This document shows, piece after piece, positions 37,719 to 47,572 of a stretch of 64,000 bases of DNA. The notes beneath the pieces are model-generated. The model was not told the DNA's origin and made no database searches. It was given only the letters and a program-made list of their open reading frames with translations. Within the stretch, counting starts at the first letter, position 1; each line of letters opens with the position of its first letter. A program made the position numbers and the translations under genes. The stretch covers positions 40,230 to 104,229 of the forward strand of contig DAIDGU010000056.1 of NCBI GenBank assembly GCA_027459785.1. The letters are read 5' to 3'. The DNA is from Ktedonobacteria bacterium. Its GTDB lineage: Bacteria; Chloroflexota; Ktedonobacteria; Ktedonobacterales; JACDGC01.

Positions 37719-38726
37719 ATGAGCAAAACCAGAAAGTGGGAAGCAGTTTTAAGGCGTTTTTTTGATGGTTTTTCTTTGGTTGGGGGTATTTTATTTATAA
37801 GTGGATTGCTTTTGCTTGTACTCGCAACGGCATTGAAAATCGTCTGGCTGCATGATGCAGGGGGGACATTATTTGTTGCCGGTCTCTCATTAACTATATC
37901 TACAGCAATCAGCAAGGAGGCAGTTCGACAACAGTATGCTAAGGAGGCGAATGTTCGGCGGAAAGAAATCCTCTATGGACCACTTTACACAGAACTCAAG
38001 CAACTGTGGGAGCGATTTGATCAGGCAAGTCGAGGCCTGTCCCCATATCCTCATTGGATTTTTGGAGTAGGAAATGTGCCATCTCCACTCGGTCTTGTCC
38101 CCCCTTATAAAGTGGGTACAACTTTCAAATGTTGGCCAGAATTTAAGGATAGTCATTATCTCGATCAGTTTACTAAAGGGGCTTATCAGCTATTCAATGA
38201 GGTTCAAAAACTTGCGGCTACATATAATAAAGCTGTTGTTCAAGCACTGACGCGAAACTGCGAAATCCTGCAACCATATCTTGTCTCAGCTACCGAAGGT
38301 ATCAAGAATAGTTCTGAATATCGGGAATGGCAACAACAGAATGAAGTTGGAACGAGGATAAGAGTCGAGAAGGACGATTGGTACGAGCGAGTTGAAAGAA
38401 TCTCTATGACCGTTGGCCAAGAGGAAGCACAAATGTGGCTAGATGATTTCTGGGTGCTTGGATGGATTCTGGCTAATAGTCAAGAAAAAGCTGCAATTAC
38501 TGTTCAGAACGGCTATCACTCTATAAGTTTAAGCCTCGTACCGTTAACTTGGTCTCAAGAAATTTTTCAGCATGCATGGGTTGAATTGAACAAGCTTCCT
38601 GAGAATCAGGAAATACAACAAGTGGCAACACTGTTATTTGAAAAAGTCCGCATGGCAAAAGATCTAGTTGAGTCAAGTCTTCGATATATTCGGGATCATT
38701 ATGAAGGTGGAGAGCCTCTTGTATAG
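37719..38726 (+). CDS. Orphan two-TM membrane protein encoded in an AT-rich (~42% GC) island; no recognisable domain
   Basis: 335 aa; N-terminal TM helices (FSLVGGILFISGLLLLVLATAL; TLFVAGLSLTISTAI) then a ~250-aa soluble domain; strong composition break at 37560-38760. Confidence 0.6.
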   Translation: MSKTRKWEAVLRRFFDGFSLVGGILFISGLLLLVLATALKIVWLHDAGGTLFVAGLSLTISTAISKEAVRQQYAKEANVRRKEILYGPLYTELKQLWERFDQASRGLSPYPHWIFGVGNVPSPLGLVPPYKVGTTFKCWPEFKDSHYLDQFTKGAYQLFNEVQKLAATYNKAVVQALTRNCEILQPYLVSATEGIKNSSEYREWQQQNEVGTRIRVEKDDWYERVERISMTVGQEEAQMWLDDFWVLGWILANSQEKAAITVQNGYHSISLSLVPLTWSQEIFQHAWVELNKLPENQEIQQVATLLFEKVRMAKDLVESSLRYIRDHYEGGEPLV

Positions 38727-39045
38727 GTTCATTGTAGCAGACTTCCCTGCCCGGCTCATGAAGGGATGACCACTGACACGATGAAGGTCGCCACATACAT
38801 GCATGTGGTGGGTGGGATCGATGCCGATCCAGGCGCTGAGGCTGTGATTGTTCTGCACGGCCACGTAGCCCAGCGTGGGCGCGCCGTCACACTGCTCGCC
38901 GTAAGTGACGATAGGATCGAGGTAGGTGTTGTAGCAAATCGTGGTACTCCCCCTTCAGATCTCCCCCATGCTTGCCGATGTGCATGGGTGACAGGATCGG
39001 CGACATCTTGGCAAACGCGCCGCCACCGGAAAGGGAGATTCACTC

Positions 39046-39846
39046 ATGATGCAGCGTTCGCATCTCGTGGGAAATGATTATAGCTGGCAGCGGCCCATCG
39101 CCGTCGCTGCGTTGCCGCGCGTGGCACCCCCCCCGCGCCCCCCGCGTTGGTGGTGGCTGGCGCAGCCCGGCTGGCGGCAGGCGATCTGCGCCCTCGTGCT
39201 CGTCGCCACGCTGGCGGGGGGCGGCGTCGGCCTCTGGCGGGCGCTCGCGCCGGCACATGCCGGCTGCCCGACGTATACCATCCGCTGGGGGGATACGATG
39301 TGGCAGATCGCGGCGCGCTTCCACACCGACACCTGGACCCTGGCGCGGCTGAACCACATCGCTAACCCGAACCTGATCATCGCTGGCCAAACGATCTGTG
39401 TCGCCGCGACACCCAACTATCAGCCGCAGCCGACGTATAGCGATCCGCTGCAATGGAGCAACCGGCCCGAAGTGCGGGCGATGCTCATCGCCGCCGCCGA
39501 CCGGCACGGGTTGCCGCGCAACCTGGTGCTGGCCATCGGCTGGCGCGAGAGTTCGTGGGTGCAGCACGTCATCTCGTGGGATGGCGGCGTGGGGACGATG
39601 CAACTGATGTCTTACACCACCGCCTGGCTGAATGGCTATCTGGGGACACAGTACAATCCCGACCGGCTCTATGACAACATCGAGTTGGGCGTGTCGTACC
39701 TCGCCATCCTCTGGCGCGACTTCCGCGGCTACCTGCCGGATATCATCAGCGCCTATAACGAGGGCGAGCGCGGCGTGCGCACCTACGGCATCTTCAACTG
39801 GTGGTACGTCAATTCCGTCTTCGCGCTCATGCGCGCCTTTGGCTAG
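39046..39846 (+). CDS. LysM-domain lytic transglycosylase (SLT domain)
   Basis: TM anchor; LysM (YTIRWGDTMWQIAARF...LARLNHIANPNLIIAGQTI); SLT ES-GxMQ motif (RESSW...GTMQLM). Confidence 0.8.
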   Translation: MMQRSHLVGNDYSWQRPIAVAALPRVAPPPRPPRWWWLAQPGWRQAICALVLVATLAGGGVGLWRALAPAHAGCPTYTIRWGDTMWQIAARFHTDTWTLARLNHIANPNLIIAGQTICVAATPNYQPQPTYSDPLQWSNRPEVRAMLIAAADRHGLPRNLVLAIGWRESSWVQHVISWDGGVGTMQLMSYTTAWLNGYLGTQYNPDRLYDNIELGVSYLAILWRDFRGYLPDIISAYNEGERGVRTYGIFNWWYVNSVFALMRAFG

Positions 39847-39883
39847 TTATGCTACAATCTCCCCAGAAGAGAGAGTGGCAGGG

Positions 39884-39988
39884 AGGGACGGAACGCGAAA
39901 TAGCGCGAGATTGGCGCGAAATCACACGGCAACTTGCCAGTATTTCGCGTTTTCTCGCGCTCATTTCGTGGCATTTCGCGTTCCGTCC
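39884..39988. repeat. Repeat family B palindrome (CGCGAAA/CACGAAA units)
   Basis: ggacggaacgcgaaatagcgcgagattggcgcgaaatcacacg ... tatttcgcgttttctcgcgctcatttcgtggcatttcgcgttccgtcc. Confidence 0.7.
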
Positions 39989-40045
39989 TTTCTTCTTGTA
40001 AGTGCTCCCACCCTTTGTCATATATTCGCAAAGGAGCGTAGAGAG

Positions 40046-41191
40046 ATGACGACGGCGACACACGTGGAAGAAGAGCGCATGATCCTCGATACCGTCCGCA
40101 AGCTGGCGCAGGAGCGCGTGGCCCCGCGGGCGGCGGAGATCGACGCGACGGGCGAGTTCCCGTGGGATATGAAAGACCTGCTGGCGGAAAACGGCATTCT
40201 GGGCCTGCCTTTCGCGGAGGAGTATGGCGGCATCGGCGCGAGCGAGCTGACGATCCTGAAAGTGATCGAGGAGCTATCCAAGGCGGACGCGACGACGGGC
40301 CTCTTGCTGGCGGTACAGCAGCTTGGCTCGCTGCCGATCATGCTGGCCGGCTCGCCGGAGCAGAAAGAACGCTACTTCCCGAAGTTGGCGGCGGGCGAGT
40401 GGCTGGCGGCGTATGGGCTGACGGAACCCGGCTCCGGCTCGGACGCGGGCGCGATGAAGACGCGCGCCGACAAGCAGGGCGACACGTATGTGCTGAACGG
40501 CCTCAAACATTTCATCACCAATGCTGGCCTGGCACATGTCAACGTCATCTTCGCCAAGACGGATACCAGCGCGCCCGGCACGCGCGGCATCAGCGCCTTC
40601 ATCGTGGAAAGCGACCGACCCGGCTTCCGCTTGGGGCGCGTCGAAAACAAGATGGGCATTCGTGGCTCCCAGACGGGCGAACTGGTGATGGAGGACTGCG
40701 TCATCCCGGCGGCGAACCTGCTGGGCCGCGAGGGCGAGGGCTTCAAGATCGCCATGATGACCCTGGACCGCACCCGTCCCGGCGTGGCGGCGCAGGCGCT
40801 GGGCATCGCGCAGGGCGCGCTGGATGTCGCCGTCAAGTATGCCAAGGAGCGCGTGCAGTTCGGCAAGCCCATCGCGGAGAATCAGGGCATCCAGTTCATG
40901 CTGGCCGATATGGCAACGGAGGTCGAGGCCGCGCGCCAGTTGCTCTACCATGCCGCCGACCTGATCGACGCAGGTGCGCCGAATTTCGGGCGCTTTTCCG
41001 CGATGGCGAAGATGTATTGCTCTGATATCGCCATGAAGGTGACGGGCGACGCCGTGCAGATCCTCGGCGGCTACGGCTACATGAAGGAGTTCCCCGTCGA
41101 GCGCATGATGCGCGACGCTAAGATCTGCCAGATCTATGAGGGGACCAACCAGATCCAGCGCGTCGTCATCGCGCGCGATCTGCTGCGATAA
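40046..41191 (+). CDS. Acyl-CoA dehydrogenase
   Basis: About 381 aa from the internal ATG with AAAGGAG SD; ACAD motifs (YGLTEPGSGSDA, QILGGYGY, catalytic E in YEGTNQIQR). Confidence 0.9.
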   Translation: MTTATHVEEERMILDTVRKLAQERVAPRAAEIDATGEFPWDMKDLLAENGILGLPFAEEYGGIGASELTILKVIEELSKADATTGLLLAVQQLGSLPIMLAGSPEQKERYFPKLAAGEWLAAYGLTEPGSGSDAGAMKTRADKQGDTYVLNGLKHFITNAGLAHVNVIFAKTDTSAPGTRGISAFIVESDRPGFRLGRVENKMGIRGSQTGELVMEDCVIPAANLLGREGEGFKIAMMTLDRTRPGVAAQALGIAQGALDVAVKYAKERVQFGKPIAENQGIQFMLADMATEVEAARQLLYHAADLIDAGAPNFGRFSAMAKMYCSDIAMKVTGDAVQILGGYGYMKEFPVERMMRDAKICQIYEGTNQIQRVVIARDLLR

Positions 41192-41457
41192 TGGCCTCAT
41201 TGGGGGCGACCACCGGTAGGAGCAATGCCTTGTGCTTGCCCTACCCCGCCAGCGTCGCCGCCAGGCGTATAGGCGCGCACATTGGTTGCAAACGCTACCG
41301 CGCGCATGCTCAATGGCAAGGTCAGTTGCTCCAGAGAAGATAGCGTCTTTCAGGGTCAGACCGACAGGAATGCTGTCCTCTCAAAAACATAATGATAGCC
41401 AGCCCACGCGATCATCCATTCCTCTCCAACGTGTGTATCGATTCATAAGACACGCGC

Positions 41458-41973
41458 ATGAGGAGATACATGATGAGCCAAGCGATCACCCACGAGCAGG
41501 TATCCGCGCGGGTGCAGCCCTCACCCCTTATTGACCGCCTCATGCGCGGCCTCATCTTCGGCGGCGGAGCGTTCGTGCTGGCACTGCTGGTCTGGGGCCA
41601 CCTGGGGTTGGGCGCGTGGCTCTTCCCGCCCGCGCCCAGCGCCAGCCACCAGGCGGCAGTCGCGGGACCGTACCATGTCGCGTTCGACGCGGTTTCGGGG
41701 CAGTTGACGGCGAACGGGCCGAACAGTATCACCTTCACGCTTCAAAACGTCGCCGGGCAGCCGGTGGCCGGGGCGACGGTGCATGCCAGCCTGGCGATGG
41801 CGACGATGGCGATGTATGCCCCCACCGTCGCCGCGACACCACAGGGCAATGGCACCTACGCCGCGCATCCGATCTTCGGCATGGCGGGTATCTGGAATGT
41901 GACGGTGGTGATCACCCAGGCCGGTCAGCCTGAACAGCGCGCCACCTTTCAAGTCAGCGTCCGCTGGCACTGA
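41458..41973 (+). CDS. Membrane-anchored Ig-like domain protein (FixH/YtkA-like), hypothetical
   Basis: One TM helix followed by a ~110-aa beta-rich domain. Confidence 0.4.
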   Translation: MRRYMMSQAITHEQVSARVQPSPLIDRLMRGLIFGGGAFVLALLVWGHLGLGAWLFPPAPSASHQAAVAGPYHVAFDAVSGQLTANGPNSITFTLQNVAGQPVAGATVHASLAMATMAMYAPTVAATPQGNGTYAAHPIFGMAGIWNVTVVITQAGQPEQRATFQVSVRWH

Positions 41974-42101
41974 TTCATCGCCCAACCTAAGCAACCAGAC
42001 AGGCTCAGTGCTGCTGAGCATAGGAACTCTTTGTCGCCCTTTAAGCAAGGGACCATTTCAGTCAGGGAAGACGACAGACAACTAGAAAGGTTCACACGAT
42101 C

Positions 42102-42518
42102 ATGGCTACGTCAAACCTCGCAAAAATGTACGCGAACGTCCTGGGTGCGGTTCTCACCCTGGTCGGTATCCTCGGTTTCGTTTCACCGCTCACGCCGATG
42201 ACGGCATCGGCCCCCCACGGCGCGCTGCTGAGCATCTTCGCCATCGATCCGCTGCATAATGTCATCCACCTGGCCTCCGGCATCATTGGCCTGGCGGCGG
42301 CGAACACGGCGGGCGGCGCATATGCGCGGCTGTATGCTGGCGTTTTCGGCGCGGTGTATGCGCTCGTGACCATCGTCGGCTTCATCCAGGGCAACACGGT
42401 CCTGGGGCTGATCAGCGTCAACCTGGCCGATAACCTCCTGCACGCTGCCATCGCCATCGCCTCGCTGGCCGTTTTCTTCGCGGCACCGCGCGGTAATAAC
42501 GCGGTAGCTCGCGCCTAG
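42102..42518 (+). CDS. DUF4383-like small membrane protein
   Basis: 138 aa; four predicted TM helices; conserved H residues at helix ends. Confidence 0.5.
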   Translation: MATSNLAKMYANVLGAVLTLVGILGFVSPLTPMTASAPHGALLSIFAIDPLHNVIHLASGIIGLAAANTAGGAYARLYAGVFGAVYALVTIVGFIQGNTVLGLISVNLADNLLHAAIAIASLAVFFAAPRGNNAVARA

Positions 42519-42602
42519 CACCCTCCTTTCCTCCTCTGTGCGTGGTTCCCTCTCTGCGCGAAGCGGCATCAGGTGAAAGCCTGGTGCCGCTTCTTTTGCC
42601 TG

Positions 42603-43325
42603 TCATTGACGCTGGGCGGCGTGCAGCCAGAGCGCGGGCGAGGTCCAGTTGAAGCACAACAGCGTGGGGGCGCGCTGGATTTCAGGATGAAAGGTCAGCA
42701 GCGAGACGGCAGCATTGTCCATATTGATGAGCGGAGTGTTGCCGATGGGGATGCCCAGGTAGTGGCCGATGATCAGCTTGACCACATCGGCGTGCGTCAC
42801 CAACGCCACCCACTCGCCCACGTCGGGCGCGACGCGCCAGCGTTCCGCCGCGCGCACCGCGCGCCGTTGCACCGCCGCGAACGATTCCACGCCCTGGGGC
42901 GCGTAGGTCGCATCCGTTGTGAAGCGCCGCCACTGAGCATTCTGCTGATCTAGATCGTCGTAGCACTGGCCGCTGAACGGCCCATAATTCGTATCCAGCA
43001 AATCGCGGTCCTGTTGGATGGTCAGGCCGCGTCCCGCATTGACACACTCCGCCGTCTGCATCGTGCGTTCGAGGGGCGACGCGATGATCGCCGTGAGCGG
43101 TAACGTCGCAATGGCCTGCCCCGTCGCCTGAGCTTCTTGCAGCCCCTCGGCATTGAGGGGAATGCCGGGCAGTTGCCCTGGCAACAAATGTTTCACGTTG
43201 AAATCCGTTTGCCCGTGGCGAACGAGCACCAGCTTGCGATGGCCGCGATGATCTTCGTGCCGCAACTCGCGGCCAAAAGGCAACCCTTGCGGTGTGCGTT
43301 GCCGTGCCGAACCGAACAGTCCCAT
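42603..43325 (-). CDS. Histidine phosphatase superfamily protein (phosphoglycerate mutase-like)
   Basis: LVLVRHGQTDFN (RHG motif); starts at the internal Met with AGGAAA SD. Confidence 0.75.
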   Translation of the reverse strand: MGLFGSARQRTPQGLPFGRELRHEDHRGHRKLVLVRHGQTDFNVKHLLPGQLPGIPLNAEGLQEAQATGQAIATLPLTAIIASPLERTMQTAECVNAGRGLTIQQDRDLLDTNYGPFSGQCYDDLDQQNAQWRRFTTDATYAPQGVESFAAVQRRAVRAAERWRVAPDVGEWVALVTHADVVKLIIGHYLGIPIGNTPLINMDNAAVSLLTFHPEIQRAPTLLCFNWTSPALWLHAAQRQ

Positions 43326-43400
43326 AAATGATCGGTTTCCTTTCAATAGAGTAGCCCACCTTATAGAAACGGCGGACACGGCAAAATTGCGGCATGAGGA

Positions 43401-44375
43401 TCAGGTGCTGGACGAAGCCGCCAGCGCGGGCTGTTCAGGCTGTTCCTGCGCTGGCACAGGAGCCGGTTCCGCGCGCCGGAAGGTGGTGATGACCACGACC
43501 GCCGCAATGATGATGGCGGCAGCGACCAGCGTCAGCGGCGTCAGGTGTTCGCCGCCCAGCGCCCAGCCCAGGAAGACGGCGACGACGGGATTGACATACG
43601 CATAGGTCGAGGCGATGCTCAGCGGCGTGTTGCGCAGCAGCCACACATAGGCTGTGAAGGCGACCAGCGAGCCGAAGACGATCAGATACAGCAGCGCCAG
43701 CAGCGATGAGCCGGTGATCGCCGCGAGGTGAACCGCGCCGACCTCGCCCGTCGCCACGCCCGCCAGGCTCAGCAACACGCCTCCCAGCAGCATCTCGATG
43801 GCGGTTCCCATCAATGGCGAAGCCGGCACAGCGGCGGTGCGCGAGTAGATCGAGCCGATGGACCAGCAGAGCGAGGCGAGTGGGATGATCAGGAAGCCGG
43901 CCAGGCTCGCCATGTGGATGCCGCCGGTCAATTGTGGGCTGATCAAGAGCGCCACGCCGCCGAAGCCCAGCAGCAAACCGATGATCACCGGCACGCTGGG
44001 CCGGTGTCCCTGCGGGCGCAGCCAATTGATCAGCGCCATCCAGATCGGCGTCAGGGAGATCAGGAGCGCCGTCAGGCTGGACGGCACGCCGTGGCCCTCC
44101 GCCCAGGCGACGAAGCCGTTGCCCGCCAGCAGCAGGCATGCGCCGATGATCGCCGCGGCGCGCCACTGTGCCAGGGTCGGGCGCGGCGCGCCGCGCAGGC
44201 GCATGAAGACGTAGAGCAGCACACCGGCGATGAGGAAGCGCACGCCCGCCATCAGGAACGGCGGCAGCGTGGCCACGGCGAACCGGATCGCCAGGTAGGT
44301 CGATCCCCAGATGATGTAGACCGCCAGCAAGGCCGCCAGCACGGCGGCGCGTGACGCTGGTTTGGTTTCAGTCAT
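43401..44375 (-). CDS. EamA/DMT-family transporter (10 TM)
   Basis: 324 aa; duplicated EamA domains. Confidence 0.85.
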   Translation of the reverse strand: MTETKPASRAAVLAALLAVYIIWGSTYLAIRFAVATLPPFLMAGVRFLIAGVLLYVFMRLRGAPRPTLAQWRAAAIIGACLLLAGNGFVAWAEGHGVPSSLTALLISLTPIWMALINWLRPQGHRPSVPVIIGLLLGFGGVALLISPQLTGGIHMASLAGFLIIPLASLCWSIGSIYSRTAAVPASPLMGTAIEMLLGGVLLSLAGVATGEVGAVHLAAITGSSLLALLYLIVFGSLVAFTAYVWLLRNTPLSIASTYAYVNPVVAVFLGWALGGEHLTPLTLVAAAIIIAAVVVITTFRRAEPAPVPAQEQPEQPALAASSST

Positions 44376-44847
44376 GCGCCACCTCGCGTTCTTCGCCGGG
44401 TAAGCATAAGGTCGCGCTCTCTTTAAGCGTGGAAAGCACGATGGTCGTGCGCGTCGAACGAATCGCCGGAATCGCGCCGAAGCACTCGCGCAGCAAGCGA
44501 CCCAACGCCTCGGTATCCGCCACGCGCACCTTCACCAGATAGCAGTCTTCGCCAGCGATGTGATGCACCTCTTGCACAGCGGGGATCGCCGCCAACTGCG
44601 CGCCGGTGGTCATGGTGCCGACACGCTCATCCGCCTGCACGAAGATGAAGGCCAGTAGCCCCAGGTCTAACTGGCGCGCATCGATGCGCGCCTCGTAACC
44701 GCGCAGGGTGCCACGCGCTTCCAGCTTGCGGATGCGCTCGAAGATCGCCGAGGGAGCCATGCCGAGTTGGCGCGCGATATCCGCGTTACTCGTCCGCGCA
44801 TCGCCCTGAAGGATATTCATGATTCGTAGATCAATGTCGTCGAACAT
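44368..44847 (-). CDS. Lrp/AsnC-family transcriptional regulator
   Basis: 159 aa; N-terminal HTH (LDDIDLRIMNILQGDARTSNADIARQLGMAPSAIFERIRKLE) and a RAM domain; overlaps the EamA gene start, so a likely operon. Confidence 0.85.
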   Translation of the reverse strand: MFDDIDLRIMNILQGDARTSNADIARQLGMAPSAIFERIRKLEARGTLRGYEARIDARQLDLGLLAFIFVQADERVGTMTTGAQLAAIPAVQEVHHIAGEDCYLVKVRVADTEALGRLLRECFGAIPAIRSTRTTIVLSTLKESATLCLPGEEREVAHD

Positions 44848-45033
44848 TCAGCATTCCTCCTGATAGGGAGATTAAACATCATTAAAGGGGGGAAGTCAAG
44901 GGCGAAGTGGACCTTCATGCACCTCCATGAAGCGTCGCCCGCTCCCGTGTATATGTTCTGTATTTGTTAAGGCTTGGTTTTGGGCATGGAGCGTGCGAGA
45001 AGGTGATCACAGTCCCCAGCAGGAGTCCTATAC

Positions 45034-45423
45034 ATGCTCGAAATCTTTCTGAAAAACGCGACGATGCAACTCGCCAATTATGTCGAGGGCATCGCCGCCA
45101 TCATCATCGGCGTCGCCGTCATCGAGGCGACCCTCAGCACCGTGAAGGTCTTTTTCGTGCGCCACCCCGCGCCGGAGGCGAAGGAGAACGTGCGGCTGCG
45201 GCTGGGCCGCTGGCTGGCGGTGGCGCTGGAGTTCGAGTTGGGCGCGGACATCCTGCGTACCGCCATCGCGCCGTCGTGGAACCAGATCGGCCAGCTCGCC
45301 GCCATCGCCGCCCTGCGGACGCTGCTGAACTACTTCCTGGAGCAGGAGATTCAGCGCGCGGCGGCGGCGCAAGGCGGTCGCAATCCCACGCAGCATCCGG
45401 TGACACAGCGCGAGGCGGCGTGA
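45034..45423 (+). CDS. DUF1622-like membrane protein
   Basis: 129 aa; two TM helices. Confidence 0.55.
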   Translation: MLEIFLKNATMQLANYVEGIAAIIIGVAVIEATLSTVKVFFVRHPAPEAKENVRLRLGRWLAVALEFELGADILRTAIAPSWNQIGQLAAIAALRTLLNYFLEQEIQRAAAAQGGRNPTQHPVTQREAA

Positions 45424-45764
45424 TGGGCCTCAGCACCCCCGCAATCTACACGGCGGCTATTGCCATCACTGATTTTATCGGCAGTTTGCTGATCATCGGC
45501 TATATCGTCGCCGCGCTCGTCGTGTTGTTGCGCAGGCGCGGCCTGCTGCCAGCGCGGTTGCTGGTGGCCGAAGGCGCGCTGTGGGGGCTGAACTTCAAGG
45601 TTGCCGCCACGCTGCTGAAAACCATCGTGATCCACACCTGGCAAGAACTGGCGTTCTTCACGATCATCTTCGCCCTGCGCACCCTCATCAAATGGGTTTT
45701 CACCTGGGAGCAAAAACGTCTGCTCGCCCAACAAACGCCGGCAATGCCAGCGGTGGGCGATTAA
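45423..45764 (+). CDS. DUF1622-like membrane protein, tandem paralog
   Basis: ATG overlaps the upstream stop (GTGATGG); similar TM architecture (the tail of ORF 44964..45764). Confidence 0.45.
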   Translation: MGLSTPAIYTAAIAITDFIGSLLIIGYIVAALVVLLRRRGLLPARLLVAEGALWGLNFKVAATLLKTIVIHTWQELAFFTIIFALRTLIKWVFTWEQKRLLAQQTPAMPAVGD

Positions 45765-45804
45765 GAGACAGCGATGCACCAATCGGGTGAGCAGCGGAAG
45801 AGAG

Positions 45805-45982
45805 CGGGCGGTTGCAATCCCACGAGGAACGGCGGGGCGGAGGGGCGGGTAAGGACGGCGGGCGGTTGAAACCGCGCCTAAGGGCGTTCCGCCACAAAGT
45901 CCACCTACGTGGACTGGAGTTTAGTCCGCGCAGGCGGACTTCGTCGCCGTTAGGCGCTTAGGCGCGGTTTCAACCGCCCGCA
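45805..45982. repeat. Repeat family C: two copies in inverted orientation forming a ~170-bp palindrome
   Basis: cgggcggttgaaaccgcgcctaagggcg...ccacaaagtcc // agtccgcgcaggcggacttcgtcgccgttaggcgcttaggcgcggtttcaaccgcccg. Confidence 0.7.
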
Positions 45983-46002
45983 CCGTTCGCTGGCAGACCA
46001 CC

Positions 46003-46050
46003 CGGAGGACAGACATTCTTGTCTGTCACCTGGCGGACAGGGAAGTCGCC
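46003..46050. repeat. Repeat family A core hairpin, inverted orientation
   Basis: ggaggacagacattcttgtctgtcacc. Confidence 0.5.
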
Positions 46051-46081
46051 CCACGAGCAAGGGAAGGCTTCATTGGCTTGC

Positions 46082-47260
46082 TCAGTGTGCGTGGAGGATG
46101 AAGGGCAGGGCCAGCGCGCCGACGGCCACCAGCAGCGCCAGGAGGGCGACGAGCAGGCTCAGGGATTGGCGACCTTGCACGTGGCTTTGGGTGCGGCGCA
46201 CCAAGCGTTCCGTGTCTGCGCGTAGCATGCTCACTTCGTTTTGCGCCACCACGCGCGCCTGGGCGACGCCCTGGTCAAGTTCTGTGCGCAGCGCCGCCCG
46301 CGCGCCCTGAACCTCCGCGTGCAGTGTTGCGCGGGCCTCGTGCACGCCGGCTTCGGCGGTGGTCGCCGTTGCTTTGAGCGCGGCCACATCGCGCCCCACC
46401 TGGGTTTGCCAGTCTTCCAGAGCGTGCGTCTGGGTCACAAACACCGTGCGCGCCTCTTCGAGGCGCTGATCCACGCCCGCCGCAATGCGCCCGCGCTCGC
46501 TTTCCACCAGCGCGTGCAGCTCGCTGCGCAGCGCCGCCAGTTGCTCGCGTTGTGCCTGTTGCATCTGGTTGATCGTCCCCGTCGCGGCCTCGCGCAAGGT
46601 CGCCAGATCGCTGCGCACGGCGGCCAGTTCCGCCGGATCGATCCCAGAATGGGCGGCCAGGGTCTCCGCCGCGCCGGCCATGAAGGCTTCCCAGCGGGCG
46701 CGCTCGTCGCTTTCCGCCGTCCCCAGGATGTCGCGCAGTTCACGGCGCATGGCCTCCCACCGTCGGTCGAAATCGCCGCTGGCGAGGGCGATGGAGGCTT
46801 CGGCCATCTCGCGCAGCCCGCTCACCTCGTGGCGCATCTCGGTCAGCGTGTCATCCCATTCGCCCAGGTCGCGCAGTTGCGCGCGCAAGCGTTCGTCCAG
46901 GTCATCGCGCCAGCGGGCGGCGTCGCGCTGCTGCTGGTCCAGCACGGCCAGCGCCTCCATCACGCGCGTCTCGGCGCGGTCCACCGTCTGGTTCAGCCGA
47001 TTGCCGGCATCCGTGGCGACGGCGTCGATGGCGGCGTGGGCGGCGTCTTCCAGGCCGGCCAGCCGCGAGATGTGTTCATCGTACTGCGTCACCAGGCCGG
47101 CGAACTGCGCTTGCGCGGCGGCTAACTCGCGTGCACCGCCCTGCACCGCCGCGCGGTCGGCGTGCGTTTGTGCCAACTGTTCCAGGTCACGCGCCAGATC
47201 GCTTTCAGTCACGGCATCGGCGCTATAGGGATGGGGAGTGGTGGTTCGCTCTAGAGCCAT
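46082..47260 (-). CDS. Tail-anchored coiled-coil protein (hypothetical)
   Basis: 392 aa; continuous heptad-like Ala/Arg/Glu-rich helices; a single C-terminal TM helix (SLSLLVALLALLVAVGALALPFIL). Confidence 0.5.
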   Translation of the reverse strand: MALERTTTPHPYSADAVTESDLARDLEQLAQTHADRAAVQGGARELAAAQAQFAGLVTQYDEHISRLAGLEDAAHAAIDAVATDAGNRLNQTVDRAETRVMEALAVLDQQQRDAARWRDDLDERLRAQLRDLGEWDDTLTEMRHEVSGLREMAEASIALASGDFDRRWEAMRRELRDILGTAESDERARWEAFMAGAAETLAAHSGIDPAELAAVRSDLATLREAATGTINQMQQAQREQLAALRSELHALVESERGRIAAGVDQRLEEARTVFVTQTHALEDWQTQVGRDVAALKATATTAEAGVHEARATLHAEVQGARAALRTELDQGVAQARVVAQNEVSMLRADTERLVRRTQSHVQGRQSLSLLVALLALLVAVGALALPFILHAH

Positions 47261-47572
47261 ATGAGTCCTTCCTTGGCAAATAGCATCCAGCAGGTGCAGG
47301 GGGCTGCGTGGACAGGATGCCGGGTCTTGTATTCAGTATAGCGAGCGCGCCAAAGCGCCCAGCCCCTTGCCGGAGCCACCGTCCCCCTTGGCCCACTGGG
47401 GTCGCCGATTCCTGCCCCGTTCGGCCCTGGCGCGTCGCGCCGTTGACGCCGATAACAGAACTGTATAGTTTCGGCTGATCCAGCGACCGTGCTGGCACCT
47501 GGATCGCTCCGGCCCAATGCCGGTTGCCCGTTTCGTTTCGCGTCGTTCGCACGAGTGGAGGAAGAACTCACT

